Source: the human T2T-CHM13v2.0 reference genome, Homo sapiens. Taken from it: DNA of 64,000 bases. Below, one piece after another: positions 12,939 through 27,795 of the stretch (position 1 is its first letter; each line of letters starts with the position of its first letter). Location of the stretch: assembly GCF_009914755.1 (NCBI RefSeq), contig NC_060937.1; one strand, written 5' to 3'. The notes under the pieces were generated by a model. The model was not told the DNA's origin, searched no databases, and saw nothing but the letters and a program-made list of their open reading frames with translations. The translations under genes and the position numbers were made by a program.

Positions 12939-14411
12939 GTAGCTAAAATCCTTTTATTCAGTCACGGCTGGGATATTTATACTAAAGAAACAGTACAATT
13001 CAAGCCTTAAAATTTGTTTAAATATATTTTTTTGTTTTAAACCAATTTGGTTTACCTGTGCAAACACTAGTTATAACACCTCCAAGATTCTTTGCATAGT
13101 TTTAAAAACCTATATCAGTACATGGATTTATTTACAAATATAAATACACTTCCTTTGTCTACTGGAAGTTCATTTCAAATAATCTAGGTTAATAGAATTA
13201 AAGTTAAATACTTGCAAGTAAGCATTAATATTCTTATCTATATTTATTGTTTAATAATGGTATAATGATTCCCTTTACATTATACAATACACAGGAGGTT
13301 AAATACTAATCATAATGTAACTTAATTAAGGAATTTTTATAAAATGCCTTGAGCTCCTTGGGAACTAACTCCTATTTTTAACATGATTTTGAACATTTTA
13401 TATTTTTACACATTTTTACAAATGTACTGTGCATAGAAATAGGGGTTTCTATTACTTGTGAATCAGTTAATATCATACATTTTGATAGACAACACAGAAT
13501 CAATTGATGCATTCATAAAGAAAAAAATTAAAAGTAATCTGTGTATGTGATGAATGTTTTTTGGTTATACTCTAAGCAAATGGGTTCTGAAAATGTATAG
13601 AAAATTCGGAAATTAAGGAAAACATAAGCAGTCTGGAAACAAAATGAAAAATGTTCAAAATATGGAAATTAGAGAATGTATAAAATGTATTTTGAAAACA
13701 TTAAAGAATTGTTACATGTTTTATTACTTTTTTTAGTGGCATGATAATGTGAAGATAAGCTGATGATATTATGGCTATGTCTATTATTGGATATAGGAAT
13801 ATATCATTATATTTAGAAAATATTACTAGATATAGAGAAATAATTACAAGGAAGATAACATGCTTCTCTCCATTGTATGTTCTTAATCAAATAGATTACA
13901 TATTCTTTGAAGAAAAGAAATATAGTTTTTTATTAGCCTTTTTATAGATTATTTACAGGTTAAAGTATCTACATATCTTTATAGTGATGAGTAATTTTTT
14001 AAAAATTGTGATTTATAAATAAAATAGAAAGAAATGCCCAATTAGGAATCAACAGGAGTTTTCTAAGAATAAATTCTGGAAACTAAACATACTTTTGAAG
14101 GTTTATTGGAACATATCAGAACATACCACAGACTTAACATATCCTGTTTTTAACAAAAGTGGTTTGCAAAAATTTTAGTATTCATAATGTTTATTTGGCA
14201 AAAAAAAATCCATAAAATGTTTAACACAAGGCATAACAATAGGTCCTGGTAAGTTAAAAATAATACACCTCCTTAAAAAATCATATTCAGAGATCAGTGA
14301 CTATATTCAGAGATCACTGAATATAAAGAGAAATCAATCAAGCAGAATAGTTCCCAAGCAGAATTGTAGTCCTCATCTCTATCCTTTCAACCCTTAAAAA
14401 TTAATGATCCT

Positions 14412-16559
14412 TACCTAAAAATAATATGAGCCATCTATGGCAAACCAACAGTCAACATCATACTGAATGGGCGAAAGCTAGAAGCATGCCCCTTGAGAAC
14501 CTAACAAGGCAAGGATGCCCACTCTCCCCACTCTTATTCAACATAGTACTGAAAGTCCTGGCCAGAGTCATTAGTCAAGAGAAAGAAATAAAAGGCATCC
14601 AAATAGAAAGAGAGGAAGTCAAACTGTTTACAGGCTAATGACTATATTTAGAAAACCCCATGGTTTCTGTCCAGAAGCTCCTAGATCTGATAAACAATTT
14701 GAGCAAAGTTTCAGGACACAAAGTCAATGTATGACAATCATTAGCATTTCTATACACCAACAATGTCCAAGCTGAGTGTTGAATGAAGAATGCAATCAAA
14801 TTCATGATAGTCCCAATAAAATAAAATAAAATAAAATAAAATAAAATAAAATACATAAGAATACAGCTAACCAGAGGTTTGAAAGATCTCTATAACTAGA
14901 ATTAAAAAACACGGCTCAAATAAATCAAAGATGACACAAACAAATGAAAAAACATTCCATACTCATGGGTAGGAAGAATCAGTATTTTTAAAATGGCATG
15001 CTACTCATGTTGATTTACAGGTCAATGCTCTTCCTATCAAACTACCCATGACATTCTTCACAGAAATAGAAAAAGCTACCCTAAAATTCATATGGACCCA
15101 GAAAAGTACCTGAAGAGCGAACATAATCCTAAGCAAAGAGAACAACTTGGAGGCATCGTATTATCCAACTTCAACCTATAGTACAAGGTTACAGTAACCA
15201 AAACAGCATGGTACTGGTAAAAAACAACAACAACAAAACAGACACGTAGACTAATGGAACAGAATAGAAAGCCCAGAAATAAAGTGGCACACCTACAACC
15301 ATCTAATCTTCTTTGACAAAGTTGACAAAAACAAGCAATGGGGAAAGGACCACTTATTCAATAAGTGGTGCTGGTATAACTCGGTAGACATATACAGAAG
15401 ATTGAAACTGGACCTCTTTCTTACACCATATACAAAAATAAACTCAAGATGGATTAAAGATTTAAATGTAAAACCTAAAACTATAAAAACCCTTGAAGAA
15501 AACCTAGAAAGCACCATTGTGGACACAGGCACTGGCAAATATTTCATGATGAGATTCCAAAAGTAATTGCAACAAAAATAAAAATTGACAAATTTGACCT
15601 AATTGAAAAAAATCACTTATTCTCAGGAGAATAAACAGACAACCCACAGAATGAGAGAAAATATTTGCAAGCTATACATCTGACCAAGGTCTAATATCAA
15701 GAATGTACAAGGAACTTAAACAAATTAACAAGCAAAAAATGAGCAACTCCATTAAAACTGGGAAAATAACACGAACAGACTCTTTTCAAAAGAAAACATA
15801 CATGTGGCAAACAAGCATATGAAAAAGTGCTTAACATCACCAATAATTAGAGAACTGCAAATCTAAACCACAATGAGGTACCATCTCACACCAGACAGCA
15901 TGGCTGTTATTAAAAAGTCAAAAAATAACAGATGCTGGTGAGGTTGCAAAGAAAAAGGAATGTGTATACACTGCTGGTGGGAATGTAAATTAGTTCAGTC
16001 AATGTAGAAAGCAATTTGGCAATTTCTCAAAGACCGTAAAACAGAACTACCATGCCACCAGTAACCCCATTATTGAGTATATGGCCAAACACATATAACT
16101 CATTCTAACATAAAAATATGAACACATGTATGTTTGTCATAATTTTATTCACAATAGCAAAGACATGGAATCAATCTAAGTGCCCATCAAAAGTAGACTG
16201 GATAAAGAAAAGTGGTAGGTATACACCATGGAATGCTATTCAGCCATAAAGAAGAATGAGATGTCATGTTCTTTTCAACAACATAGATGGAGCTGGAAGC
16301 CATTATCCTGACTGAAGTAATGCAAGGGCAGAAAATCATATACTGTATGTTCTCACTTATAAGTCCCACTTAAAATATACACTAGAGCATACTTGAGGGT
16401 GGAGGATGAGAGGAGGGTGTGGATTGAAAAACTGCCTGTTGGGTACTATGGTTATTATTTGGGTGACAAAATAATCTGTACACCAAACCCTCAGGACATG
16501 CAATTTACCTATCTAACAAACCTGCACATGTAACCATGAAACCAAATTACAAATTTTTT
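14412..16559 (+). mobile_element. 5'-truncated L1PA15/16-like element, about 2.1 kb, disrupted ORF2
   Basis: RT peptide '[20 protein letters not shown]' in ORF 14426-14638; 3'UTR 'gggtgacaaaataatctgtacaccaaaccc'; TSD aaattaatgatcct / aaattactgattct. Confidence 0.95.
14815..14853. repeat. (AAAAT)n microsatellite inside L1
   Basis: About 7.5 perfect units. Confidence 0.9.
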
Positions 16560-16747
16560 AAATTACTGATTCTATTATGAGTTTGGGTATAATAATGATT
16601 AAATTTGTTTACTAGATATGCAATAAATCAAATATAATATGACTGAAATGTTGAAACAGACAACAAAAATAATATACGTCTCTTATTATTTTGAGATAAG
16701 GATCATAGTTACAGGAAAATGTAACTATTTATATTTGGATCCCATCA

Positions 16748-16748
<1 letters not shown>

Positions 16749-16793
<45 letters not shown>
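16749..16793. repeat. (CA)22 microsatellite
   Basis: Perfect CA run. Confidence 0.97.
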
Positions 16794-16795
<2 letters not shown>

Positions 16796-17367
16796 AAAAC
16801 TAACACAAACAAAAATATAGGTTTACTAAGATATGACCTAACTACTGAATGAAAGATAACTCTAAAGGGATTTTGAATGGCTACAGGTTTAAAATAAATT
16901 ATAATGCCTTCTGATTTTCAATGAAGCTAAAACTTGAATTCTTATACTATGATACCACAAGGGCATAAATCCGCAAAGCAGCCTCATACTCATCATTAAT
17001 CCCATCCAGCACCACTGGATAATACTAAGTGACTAAGTACACAAGTAAAAAAGGCAAACTTTAACACTGCAGCATCTCTGGAATGATCCGCACCCATAAG
17101 ATCCAGCTCTTAAAAAATTCATTTGATCTATGTTGAGAACCATGAAAATTGTACTAACTCTGGATATGGTACCATTTAGCTTTAAGAAATCTCTAAGTTT
17201 GAAGCTTAGTTTTTATACTTTCTCTTTTTCGTCATGCAGTTAAGAAAACTAAGCAACTAATTTCCATTCTCCAGACACCTGAGTCCCACTACTCCATATA
17301 TTACAGGTTTATTTTCAATAAGCCATTTCAGCACATCAGGTATTGCGCTTAAGAAAAACTAAAATAA

Positions 17368-17777
<410 letters not shown>

Positions 17778-18586
17778 AAAAACTAAAATAATAAGTTCCT
17801 TAGTCATCTTCTTGCTAGTAAATTCTAAACTAAAACGTGTTTACAAAGTTGTGCAGTCAACGTTGCCTCCAGCATCTCCAGGAAGATAAGGATTAGTTAT
17901 AGAACTTCTCTTCCATCTTCACTACATTTGATACATAAAAGCCTGTATGATATGCTAGACTGCAGATTTTAAAAGTCCATCAAGCATTTTGAGCAAAGCC
18001 AAAAACATTATGAAGAAAATAAAAGAATGAATAACTATCAGAATAAGAATGTGTGGAGATCTGACTAAATAATATCTCTGTTTTATTATAGAAGGAAATG
18101 TAAATTTATGTGGAAGAGTGCTTTAAACTGTAGGAATAGGATTTCCAAGAAGGTATATTTTGGCACAGTTGCCAAGTTCATGACAATCAAGTAGGTCGCC
18201 TTGGAATAAATGAAGGAAAGAAAGCTCTCTGCCAATCTGCAATCGCACCCCTTACTCCTACTAAACTGGCACATATACTCACAGATATTGTTAGATTTTA
18301 GGTTACTGAGTGACATTGATTTGTAGGTGGGAATCATTAGTGTCAAAAGAGTATGTACAAGAAAATGTTTTCCTTCTGTTTCCCTTTAACACATTCCTGA
18401 AATTGTTAAATTGAGTACAAGCATTTTGCCACATGGAAAAAGGCATGGCCATCATCACCCTTCCTTTTTACTGGCATACTTAAACATTCTCATGTTTTTA
18501 TCTTCTGTTCTCCCACAGTATACTAGTGTTTGAATGTGGATTACCGGGGAAAAACAGAAACCCCCAAATAAATCCCCACTATACCT

Positions 18587-18645
18587 TACCACCACCACCA
18601 CACACAAATACACACACACACACATACACACACACACACACACAC
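18587..18645. repeat. (CAC)n/(CA)n compound microsatellite
   Basis: Read directly from sequence. Confidence 0.9.
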
Positions 18646-19502
18646 GATTCCAGTCTTGGCTATATGTTTCACACTCATTCAGTAGGGAATTTTGCCTTTT
18701 AATTTTAAACAAAAGCCTAGTTAAGAGAAAATTATTCAGCTTTCCTTTCACATTTTTCCTAGGGGGGTATATAAACTTCTATGACTTTTGGGAGAGCATT
18801 GGCTCTGATCTAGCATAGGATCAAAACTCTACTCTGAGGTATTCTTATTTTGAGATAGCTATATATTCCTTTGAGAAATCACTACTCCCCAAACATACTC
18901 AGAAGAAAGAAGCAGCAGAAACTCAGTTTTTAATAAAATGAAGACACCTGCAATCCTAATCTATGATAAAGTAAAATTGGAAAGCAGAATAAAAATGAAA
19001 AATTATTTATCAGATAAATCAGGAAAATAAGCTGATTTCCTCGTCAAATCCCTGAAAGAGTCAGGAAGTAGAGGCACATGTGGAAGAATGCTGGATTAAA
19101 AAAAAACAAAGTCTAAAAACGAGGACCTGATTGAACATCCGTATGATGAGCCTGACTGATCACTAAATACCAAAACTAAACCATTCTCAGAAACTGGAAG
19201 GGGTGTTCTATAGAGATGCAGAGCCAAAGACTGAGGACACAGGGACCCAAAGCATAGCAAAAAGCCTCCATGAGGAATCAAAACTAAACTAGGGTATGTA
19301 AATAACTTAAGACACTTTTGAACTAAGAAACAGTGGCATATAGGGCTCAATTCTTTTTCAAAAGTTTATAGGACTCAAAATGACACTGCTCACAAACTTA
19401 AAGTTGCTGCTAATAAATGATGCAATGTAATGACAGCATGAGAATAAGAGTGTGTATCATAGACAGGTGTTTGCTACAGAGACAGGTTTTCTCCCTCTGT
19501 AG

Positions 19503-19933
<431 letters not shown>

Positions 19934-21079
19934 GTCTGTGGTTTCTTATACCCAGCTGTTAAGGTAGGCATACTTTTAAAGTATAACCCACCCTAAAGGC
20001 ATAGCCCCTTTCCAATTTTGGCAAGACCTGCTGCAAATCACGAATATTACAATTATCAATAAACAGTTTTGACAAACTGGTAGCAACTTGTCCAGAAACT
20101 TGCCTCTGACCCATGATTTGAAAGCAACCCTGATAATCAGTATGTTTTATACCTTTACCAGCAGTCAGGGCCTTGCATGTATATGTATTATTACGGTGAG
20201 GCAGCTCGGACCAATTCCAGATCTGCTGCCTTTAATGCTGATAGCACAACTCCCAACTCTTTCTACCTTCTATCACAAATCCAAATTTCTGATAACCAAT
20301 TAACATATTCTGAACAAGAAATTAGAGAATGCTTCTCTGAAGTTACTGAATTACCTGCACATGCTGATATTTTGAACCCTCAAATTAAAATGCTCACTAG
20401 CCACCTAATTGTAATACAGTGAGGTCCACAATGCACACAGATGTTCCAATCAACACTTTCATGTCTCACTTTTAAAGAAGCATGTTAGCACCATAATTAC
20501 AAAACATCTCTAGGGTAAAAGATGAATAGGAACTCAAAATCATAACCTCAGAGATAGGAAAATATATTATATCTATGACATAGAGTGACTAAAAGAGAAG
20601 GAGGTTGAAGGGTAGATCCCCTATACTTAATCATGGATTTTAATTAGTAGTATAAAAAATAACAGATACGAAAACAATAACTTGTAAACTACAAAGCTAA
20701 TGTAATATTAAAGTTGGTGGTAACCTAACATTGTTAATTAAATAGTTAAATATTTTCAGCAAGTGCTTATTCTGCACATCTTTGATACTTTTTTCATGAA
20801 GCAAAAAAAGCCCATAAGGATTTTCATTTTTGTATATTACTTCACCCACCAAGCTATCTTTAGTTTTTAAATAAATTAGGCATCATATGTTTATTATAAG
20901 AGGTGTTATAAATCAAACATCACATTTCAACCATGAATAACTTGTTTAATAAATATATTAAGCTGTGATATTTTTACCATCTATGAGAGCATAAAAGCTC
21001 AAAACTTTGTCAAAATTGGAGCTGCCTAGATTGGAGTTTTCAGAGATTTGGAATGAAGACATTTTTATCAGATTTATCC

Positions 21080-21740
21080 ATCGATCAATTTAAAAATTCC
21101 TTATTATGCACCTGTGTACTAGTTTGTATTCTACACAATAGAAATATAGCAATAAAATGAAGTTACTTTCATTTCTTCATGTGTAGATTATATTTTAGTG
21201 TGTGAAAGAGAGGTGGAAAGAATTATCTTTAATATATGTAAAACAAAAATTAAGGAGATAATTTCAGAGACTAATAATTATCATTAACACAATCACATAA
21301 GTAATGTAATAAAGAATGACTGAGAGTGAAAGTTTGATTATTTTAAATAGAGTGATTTGGAAAGACCTTCTAAAGAGATGGTATTTGAGTTGAGATCTAT
21401 TGAGGATCATGAGCCACTCATGTACACATCTTCAGGAAGAGCACTCTAAACATAATGAACAGTGGGCATAAGAAAAAAAAATCACATTCAATGGCTAAGG
21501 CAAATGTATCTGGAGCTTTGTAAATGAGGATAACTGTGGTAAGAGATACTAGTACGGAGATAGTAGGCATAGCAGCATATAAAACTTTAAAAGCCATTTT
21601 AAGACTTTTGCAATTTTTTCTAATTTCAATGGGGGCACAAAAGGAACTAGACATTTGGGCAGTGGCAAAATCTTAGAGGAACTGGAACCAAAGTCATATA
21701 AAGGGAAGAGCAAGAGGCTGGTGTTAGGAATATTCAACTA
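21080..21740 (-). mobile_element. L2 LINE fragment
   Basis: 'ggaaagaccttctaaagagatggtatttgagttgagatct', 'gagccactcatg...ggaagagcactcta'. Confidence 0.7.
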
Positions 21741-21746
21741 TGTAAG

Positions 21747-23087
21747 TGTGCACCAACCAATCTGGATCCAAACAAGAGTGAACTACTGCATGATAATTTA
21801 AACAGGGCAAGTTTAATATAAAGAATTATTAATTCTAACAGGGAATTAGAATAACAAAAAATTCACAAATATGAAAGAGGTATAGAGAATTAGAAGTATA
21901 GAGAATTCTAGAAGTGAATAATATATATAAGGAATCAGCACTACCTTCAGGACTAAGATAGAGCATTAAGTCTTAACTCCCTACCTCCAGGGCTGGCTGA
22001 CTTCCAGACCTGATTGGAGAGGGGCACAGCCATGAATCACTGAATACAAAGAAGTTGCTGTAGTTCTGTAGCTGTAAAATGCTCTGGAAATCTATCCTTT
22101 GGACTTTGTCAGAAATATCCTCAAGGATGTCAATGAAAGTTGTTCATGTAACTAAAAATAGAACTACCATTTGACCCACCAATTGCACTACTGGGTATCT
22201 ACCCAAAGGAAAATAGATCATTATATAAAAAAATACACCTGTACTTACGTGTTTATAACAGCACTATTCACAATAGCAAAATCATGAAATCAACCTAAGT
22301 GTCCATCAACAGTTTCATGCAGCCATGAAAAGGAATTAAATCATATCCTTTGCAGCAACATGGATGAAGCTGGAGGCCATTATCTTATATGAAATAACTG
22401 AGAAACAGAAAATCAAATGCCACATGTTCTTATTTACAAGTGGTGGCTAAATAATGGGTACCCATGGACATAAATATGGAAATAATAGACAGTGGGGACT
22501 CCAAAGGAATGGGAGAGTGGAAGCGAGGCCAAGGTTTAAAAAAATTACCTATTGGGTACTATGTTCACTATGTGGATGATGGGTGCACTAGGAACCCAAT
22601 CTAATCTTCACCATTATAAAATATATCCATGAAACAAACCTACAGATGTACCACTGAATCTAAAATTTAAAAAAAGAAAAAAAAAGCAAATTTGGTGAGG
22701 TAGTCAAGAACTATTAAAAAAAAAAGTCATCCATGTAGAAGTATCTCACTATTGCTTTCCACAATGACAACACTCCAAACATGCTGGAAGCCACAAATCC
22801 TTCTAATAGGAACACACTAGAAAAAAAAACTATTGGCCACTGAATGCTGCTGGCCCCCTTGCATATCAAGAGCCAGACACTGAAGAAGTCTGCTGAGCAA
22901 GAATAGAACAGCCAGGCAGTAATAGCCATATGTCTACTGCAATGTTTTTTCGGTGCTCTCTGCTGACAAAGCTTAGCCCTATCCAAGTAGAAGAGGAAAA
23001 CAATATTTAACGGCTCCATTTCCTTTTTCATAAAGCAGGCAAAAGGGTGAGTTTGGAGATGATAGGTGATAAATTAATAAAATCGCA
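21747..23087 (-). mobile_element. Ancient LTR (LTR78/LTR79-like), interrupted by L1
   Basis: 'taatttaaacagggcaagtttaatataaagaattattaa' and 'ctgacaaagctta...aagcaggcaaaagggtgagtttggag'; family from recall. Confidence 0.6.
22150..22685 (+). mobile_element. L1PB4/L1PA16-like 3' fragment
   Basis: 'aactaaaaatagaactaccatttgaccca...gatgggtgcactagg...ctgaatctaaaattt' followed by polyA. Confidence 0.9.
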
Positions 23088-23247
23088 AAGTATTTGTGTA
23101 AAAACCTCCTCCAACTTCCACAAAATAGCACAGTATTGGTAACATGTAGATATCCAGTAAAACAGAGTATTTATGCTACATCATTTTCCAAGATTTAGAC
23201 TGGATTCATACACAATATTATGGTTTGTGCATAAAATATTGGTGTAT

Positions 23248-23791
23248 TATGTTAGTCAGGGTTCTCTCTGAGAAAGGGAACAGAAAGGAGATATGTAGGA
23301 GATACAAAGGAGATCTCGTATCTATGTATCTCCTATCTATGATAGGTAACAAATAGGAGATACGTAGGTAGATGAGAGAGAGAGAGAGAGAGAAATAGAC
23401 AGACAGGTAGATAATAAGAAATTTGCTTACACAGTCATGGAGACTGACAAGTCTCAAGACTTTTAGGCAGCAAAACAGAGACCCAGGAGAGACAATGGTG
23501 CAAGTTGTAGTCCAAGTTTAAGTCTGAAGGCAATGAATATTAATGTCCCAGCTCAAAGACAGTCAGAGAGAACAAATTTTCCCTTGCTCAGATTTTTGTT
23601 CTATTCAGGCCTCCAATAGATTGGATGAGGCCAACTCACACTGGCAAGAGCAATATGCTTTACTCAGTGTACAAATTCAAAGGTTAATCTCATCCAGAAA
23701 CATTCTCACAGACACACCAAGAATAATGTTTAACCAAACATTTTGGCACCCTGTAGCCCAAGCAAGTTGACACACAAAAATAACCATGACA
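23248..23791 (-). mobile_element. MLT2 (C/D-like) ERVL LTR
   Basis: 'ttagtcagggttctct...gattggatgaggccaactcaca...caagttgacacacaaaaataaccatgaca'. Confidence 0.9.
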
Positions 23792-25430
23792 CCTATTAAA
23801 TACTGAGAAAAAAAATTAAAATCTTAAACTCTAGACTTCCAGTTACAACAAAGGTGGAGCATATGGGACTTAATCTTCCTCTGAAACAAAAACAGAAACA
23901 GTGCAAAATATATGAAACAATGGCTTCCAAGAGACTGGGCATTGATCTCTGGCAGCGGGGTGAAGCGGGGAAGGACAGTGATTTCTGAAAGACAAAATAT
24001 GCATGAGGTAAATCCCAACATTACTACATCTCACTACCTTCTGGGAGTTTCAAGGCTGCAGGTCAAAGAAAGGAATGCAAGTTGAGCCTGGCAGGATCTC
24101 TCTGACTTGAGGAAATACACTTGAATGATTAGGGAAACCAATGTGGCTAGTGATTAGAGTACCTTAGAGCAGAGAGGTATGCATGAAAGAACTGCAGAGC
24201 TCTTCAGAGGAATCCCCTCGAGCATTCAGCAGAGTATGTGTGTGAGAAAACAGCCCAAATGAGGAGTAAACCACCTGAAAGAGGTAGAAGGAAGTGTCTG
24301 ATGTCCATGCAAAACCTGGAATCGAGGTTGTTCTGTCGAGTAAGATTGGAGCACCACATAGTTCATGGGGCATGTAGAAGTGAAAACAAGTGAGGTCTTG
24401 ATTCAGTAATGAGGAATAATTAGCCCAAAATTCAACACTGCTCTGGTCTCACATAACAAATTTTAAAAGTAACATGTGAAGCTATCAAACTGTTTCCAAG
24501 TAATTTTTACCGCATACCATTGCAAAGATCAATAATATTTTTAAGAATTAAAAATATCCAGCACCCAATAAGATAAAATTAATGATAACTGTCATCTGAT
24601 CACAAATTAAATTTAAATTGACCTACAGCTGACACAGATATTAGAAATAATAGACAAGGATATTAGGATAGTTATAATTGCATTCCAAAAGCTAACAAAG
24701 ACATGGAAGACATATAAAAATAACCCCAATATAATTCCAATTCTAAAACTACCATTTCTAGGATGAAAAATACAATGAAAGGAATTAAAAGCAGATTCAA
24801 TATTATGAAAAATTCAGATAACTTGAAGATACAGCAATAGAAACTATCCAAAATGAAACTCAATAACCAACAGAAAGTAAATAAATGAAGAGAAACAGTG
24901 AGCTATGAGAGAATTTCAAGTGACTAAATATAAGTGTAATAAAAATCCCTAAAAAGGAACAGAATAAGTATTTAAAATACTAATTGCTGAAAAATTTGCA
25001 CTGATGCAAAATACAAAGCCAGAGATCAATGAAGTTCAACAAACCTCAAGCACAGGAACAAAAAAGAACATAATACCAATGTGTACATAATCAAAACTCC
25101 ACAAACCCAGTGATATCGGAAAATCTGAAAAGCCTCCAGAAAGAAAAAAGGCATGCATGATTAGAGAAATATTAAGAAGCACACTAGCACAGTTCTTATC
25201 AGGAGCAATACATGCAAAGAGACAGTGGAACATCTTTAAATATTGAATAAAAATTCTGTCAACTTGAAATTTCATAAAAAGCAAAAAATACCTTTCAAAA
25301 ATGAAGACAAAGTAGACTTTTTTTCCCCAATCAAACAATAGTCAGTAGAATTAATCTGCAGCAGGACCAGACTTTACTAATTGTTAAAGTGTGTTCTTTG
25401 GGCTGCAGGAAAATTACTCCAGATGGAACT

Positions 25431-25653
25431 ATATGATTATCAACCAGGCCTGATTTTGTTTCTCCATCCTCAAGAGATTTATAGAAAAATTTAGAGACAT
25501 TTTTGGTTCTCATAAGGAGTGGAGGTGCTCCTGGTATCTCATGAGTAGAGGGCAAGGATGCTGCTAAATAACAGCTTACGAGGCACAAGGTAGCCCACCC
25601 AGCAAGAATTATCTGGCCTGAACTGTTCAGGTGGCAGCTCTTGAGAAATCATG
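25431..25653 (+). mobile_element. MER20 (hAT-Charlie DNA transposon)
   Basis: 'gagacatttttggtt...ggatgctgctaaa...aagaattatctggcc...ttgagaaatcatg'. Confidence 0.85.
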
Positions 25654-25657
25654 ACTT

Positions 25658-25668
25658 CCACCACCACC

Positions 25669-25700
<32 letters not shown>
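25658..25700. repeat. (CAC)n(CAA)n compound microsatellite
   Basis: Read directly from sequence. Confidence 0.9.
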
Positions 25701-25880
25701 AAGCATTGGAATTTTTCTTATATTTAAATCTTTTTAAAAGATAATTGACTTTTAAGCAAAAAAAAGACACCAATGAAACATGTTGTTTTTAACATATATA
25801 TTATTAAAAAGCTGAACAAAAACAGCATCCATTATGAAAGGGGAGAAATAGCAGTATACTCTCGCAAGATTCCTATACTT

Positions 25881-26591
25881 TGTAAGAAGGAATTTTTAGG
25901 GCTCTTCAGCATGATGAGCATCTCGAATTAAAAAAAATTGAAGGTCTTAAAAGTAGCCTCAAAATCAAGGTCTTTCTGACCTTCACTTGTTTCTCTCCCC
26001 AACTATAGAGAGGGGCTGTCTCTGAAATTCCCTTATCGGACTGAGGGAAGTTATTCCAAAACAAACACAATTGCATTCAATCTTCTGTCTGAAATCTCAT
26101 TACCCAGGGAAGGTTAATCAACAAAGAGGACACTAAAAGTCATCACCATGCCCACATGAACAGACTTTTCATCCAGTCTTCTGAGGGCTGTTACCAGAGA
26201 GACTTTATCTGTATAATAAGAAAACATTGTTTACAGTGCAGTTCTGTCCTTCACCTTCTCAAAGTTTATTGCTACCTCTCCCAGAACCCAGAGGAACTTT
26301 GTTCCAAAGTATTGTCTATTCTTTGGGCATATTCATCTTCCCTAAAATTCATTTACTCTTTCTCTAAAATTCCCTACCTTCTCCACTTTCCTCTCTCCTA
26401 TGAAGAGAGTATTTAAGCTGCAGCTGCAACCATCTGGCCCTTCTTGAAAGATTCATACTTGTGTGATTGCTGTGTGCTTGTACATTAGTCAATTTGTAAG
26501 TCTTTCTTCTGTTATTCTGCCTGCTGTCAGTTATTTTTTTCAGGAAACTTAATTATTAAACCTTTAGAGGGAAAGTTTAAACTTTCCTACA
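25881..26591 (+). mobile_element. ERV1 LTR (MER34/MER39-like)
   Basis: TG...CA ends ('tgtaagaagg'...'tttcctaca'); 'cagacttttcatc...ttctgagggctg...gagagactttatctg'. Confidence 0.75.
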
Positions 26592-26959
26592 AGATAAAAT
26601 ATCACCGTAGCTATATCGTGATACATTACATATGCATAATATATGTATATTGTTAACCAACCATTTAGCAAAGATTAACATTAAAAAAAGAGCTTTAGCT
26701 AATAAGAGTATAAAAGAGATACAACGAAACTTTACATTCTTTTAGTAAATTTCAGATTTCCGATTGGATCAAATTGAGAATGTCTGTTTCAGACTTTTTT
26801 TTTTTCTATTTTCTCTCTCCCTGCCACCGTGTGCTCCCCCTCTCTCTTTTTCTCTTTCGCCTTCTCATATTCTCTAATAGCTACTCTTTCATAAGCAGCC
26901 AGCTGATGGGGTCATTTCACATACTATCTTTTCTTGTTGAGACACACAACCAATCAGCC

Positions 26960-27795
26960 ACAGGAAATACATATTCTTTCCTCTTAGCTAGTATCGGTCA
27001 CAACCTTACTCTAGGACATATAGATAGGTCTAGACCAAGAAACATGACCCAGAACCCTTTAAGAGGGTTCCAATCACATGGCCCTGTCCCTAAATGCGAA
27101 ATATTGAAACTTTCAACTTAGGTCAGCTAAATCTATAACAGAGGTTGGGAAGGATTCAACAGTACAACACAAAGCAGCACAGCTGAAAGCACAAGACAAC
27201 CAGAAGACAGAAGTTCAAAGTCCATGCTGATCTCCAGCAGCAGGCCCTATTACCAGGTGGTATTCATTGCCTAGACATCCTGATCATAGTGTCAATTCCT
27301 GTGGTCCCTCTATAATGACAGGAGAGATCCCTATTTAAAATTTGGTTTGGTTATCAAGACTGAAGATGCCAAACACACACACCAAGCTGGCATGAAAATG
27401 TTTACTACTTATATAATTGAGGTGTCTGGGGAGAGCAGGGGATGCTGCTCCCATAAATATATACAACTATTATGGATCCATAATAATTAAAAATAAAAAG
27501 TTTAAATAAATAAAAAACAAACAATGAAGAAGGTCTGAAAAGGCTTGAGAGAGTAAGAAAAGGAGATTGGCTTGGCGTTTTTATTGTGGTTAGGCAGCAG
27601 TGCAAGGGTGAGAGTTTCTGCAGAGGTTCAGGGGTCTACTCAGTTTGAGTCTCCCACAGTGCCAAAGGAGGGAGCACCAGGCATTCACATCAGCTTGTTC
27701 TGATGTTGGACACAAATGCAACAGTGAGAGGAGGGGCTTAAGAGCTGTTAGCAGTGACACATCAAAAAATGGAGTCAGGTATTCTTTATTGCCAC
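26960..27795 (-). mobile_element. ERVL-type LTR (MER74/MER73/LTR53-like, about 27297-27795) with PBS and adjacent internal remnant
   Basis: 'tcaagactgaagatgccaaacacacaccaag...atgaaaatgtttactact', 'aaaggagattggcttggcgtttttattgtggttagg'; PBS-like 27277-27294; left edge uncertain. Confidence 0.7.
27448..27525 (+). mobile_element. Tiny L1MA 3'-terminus + A tail inserted in the LTR
   Basis: 'cccataaatatatacaactattatggatccataataattaaaaat'. Confidence 0.7.

Noticed and set aside
14283-14325. Short tandem duplication plus 9-bp inverted repeat (tatattcag / ctgaatata)
   Set aside because: Real but too small to distinguish from ordinary slippage.
14426-14638. Reverse-transcriptase-like ORF, plus L1 ORF2 peptides at 36322, 36676 and 54573
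   Set aside because: Fragments of dead, 5'-truncated L1s with stops and frameshifts; not a novel RT system.
18160-18175. ttggcacagttgccaa as an NFI site
   Set aside because: The spacer is 6 nt rather than the canonical 5, and the motif is isolated.
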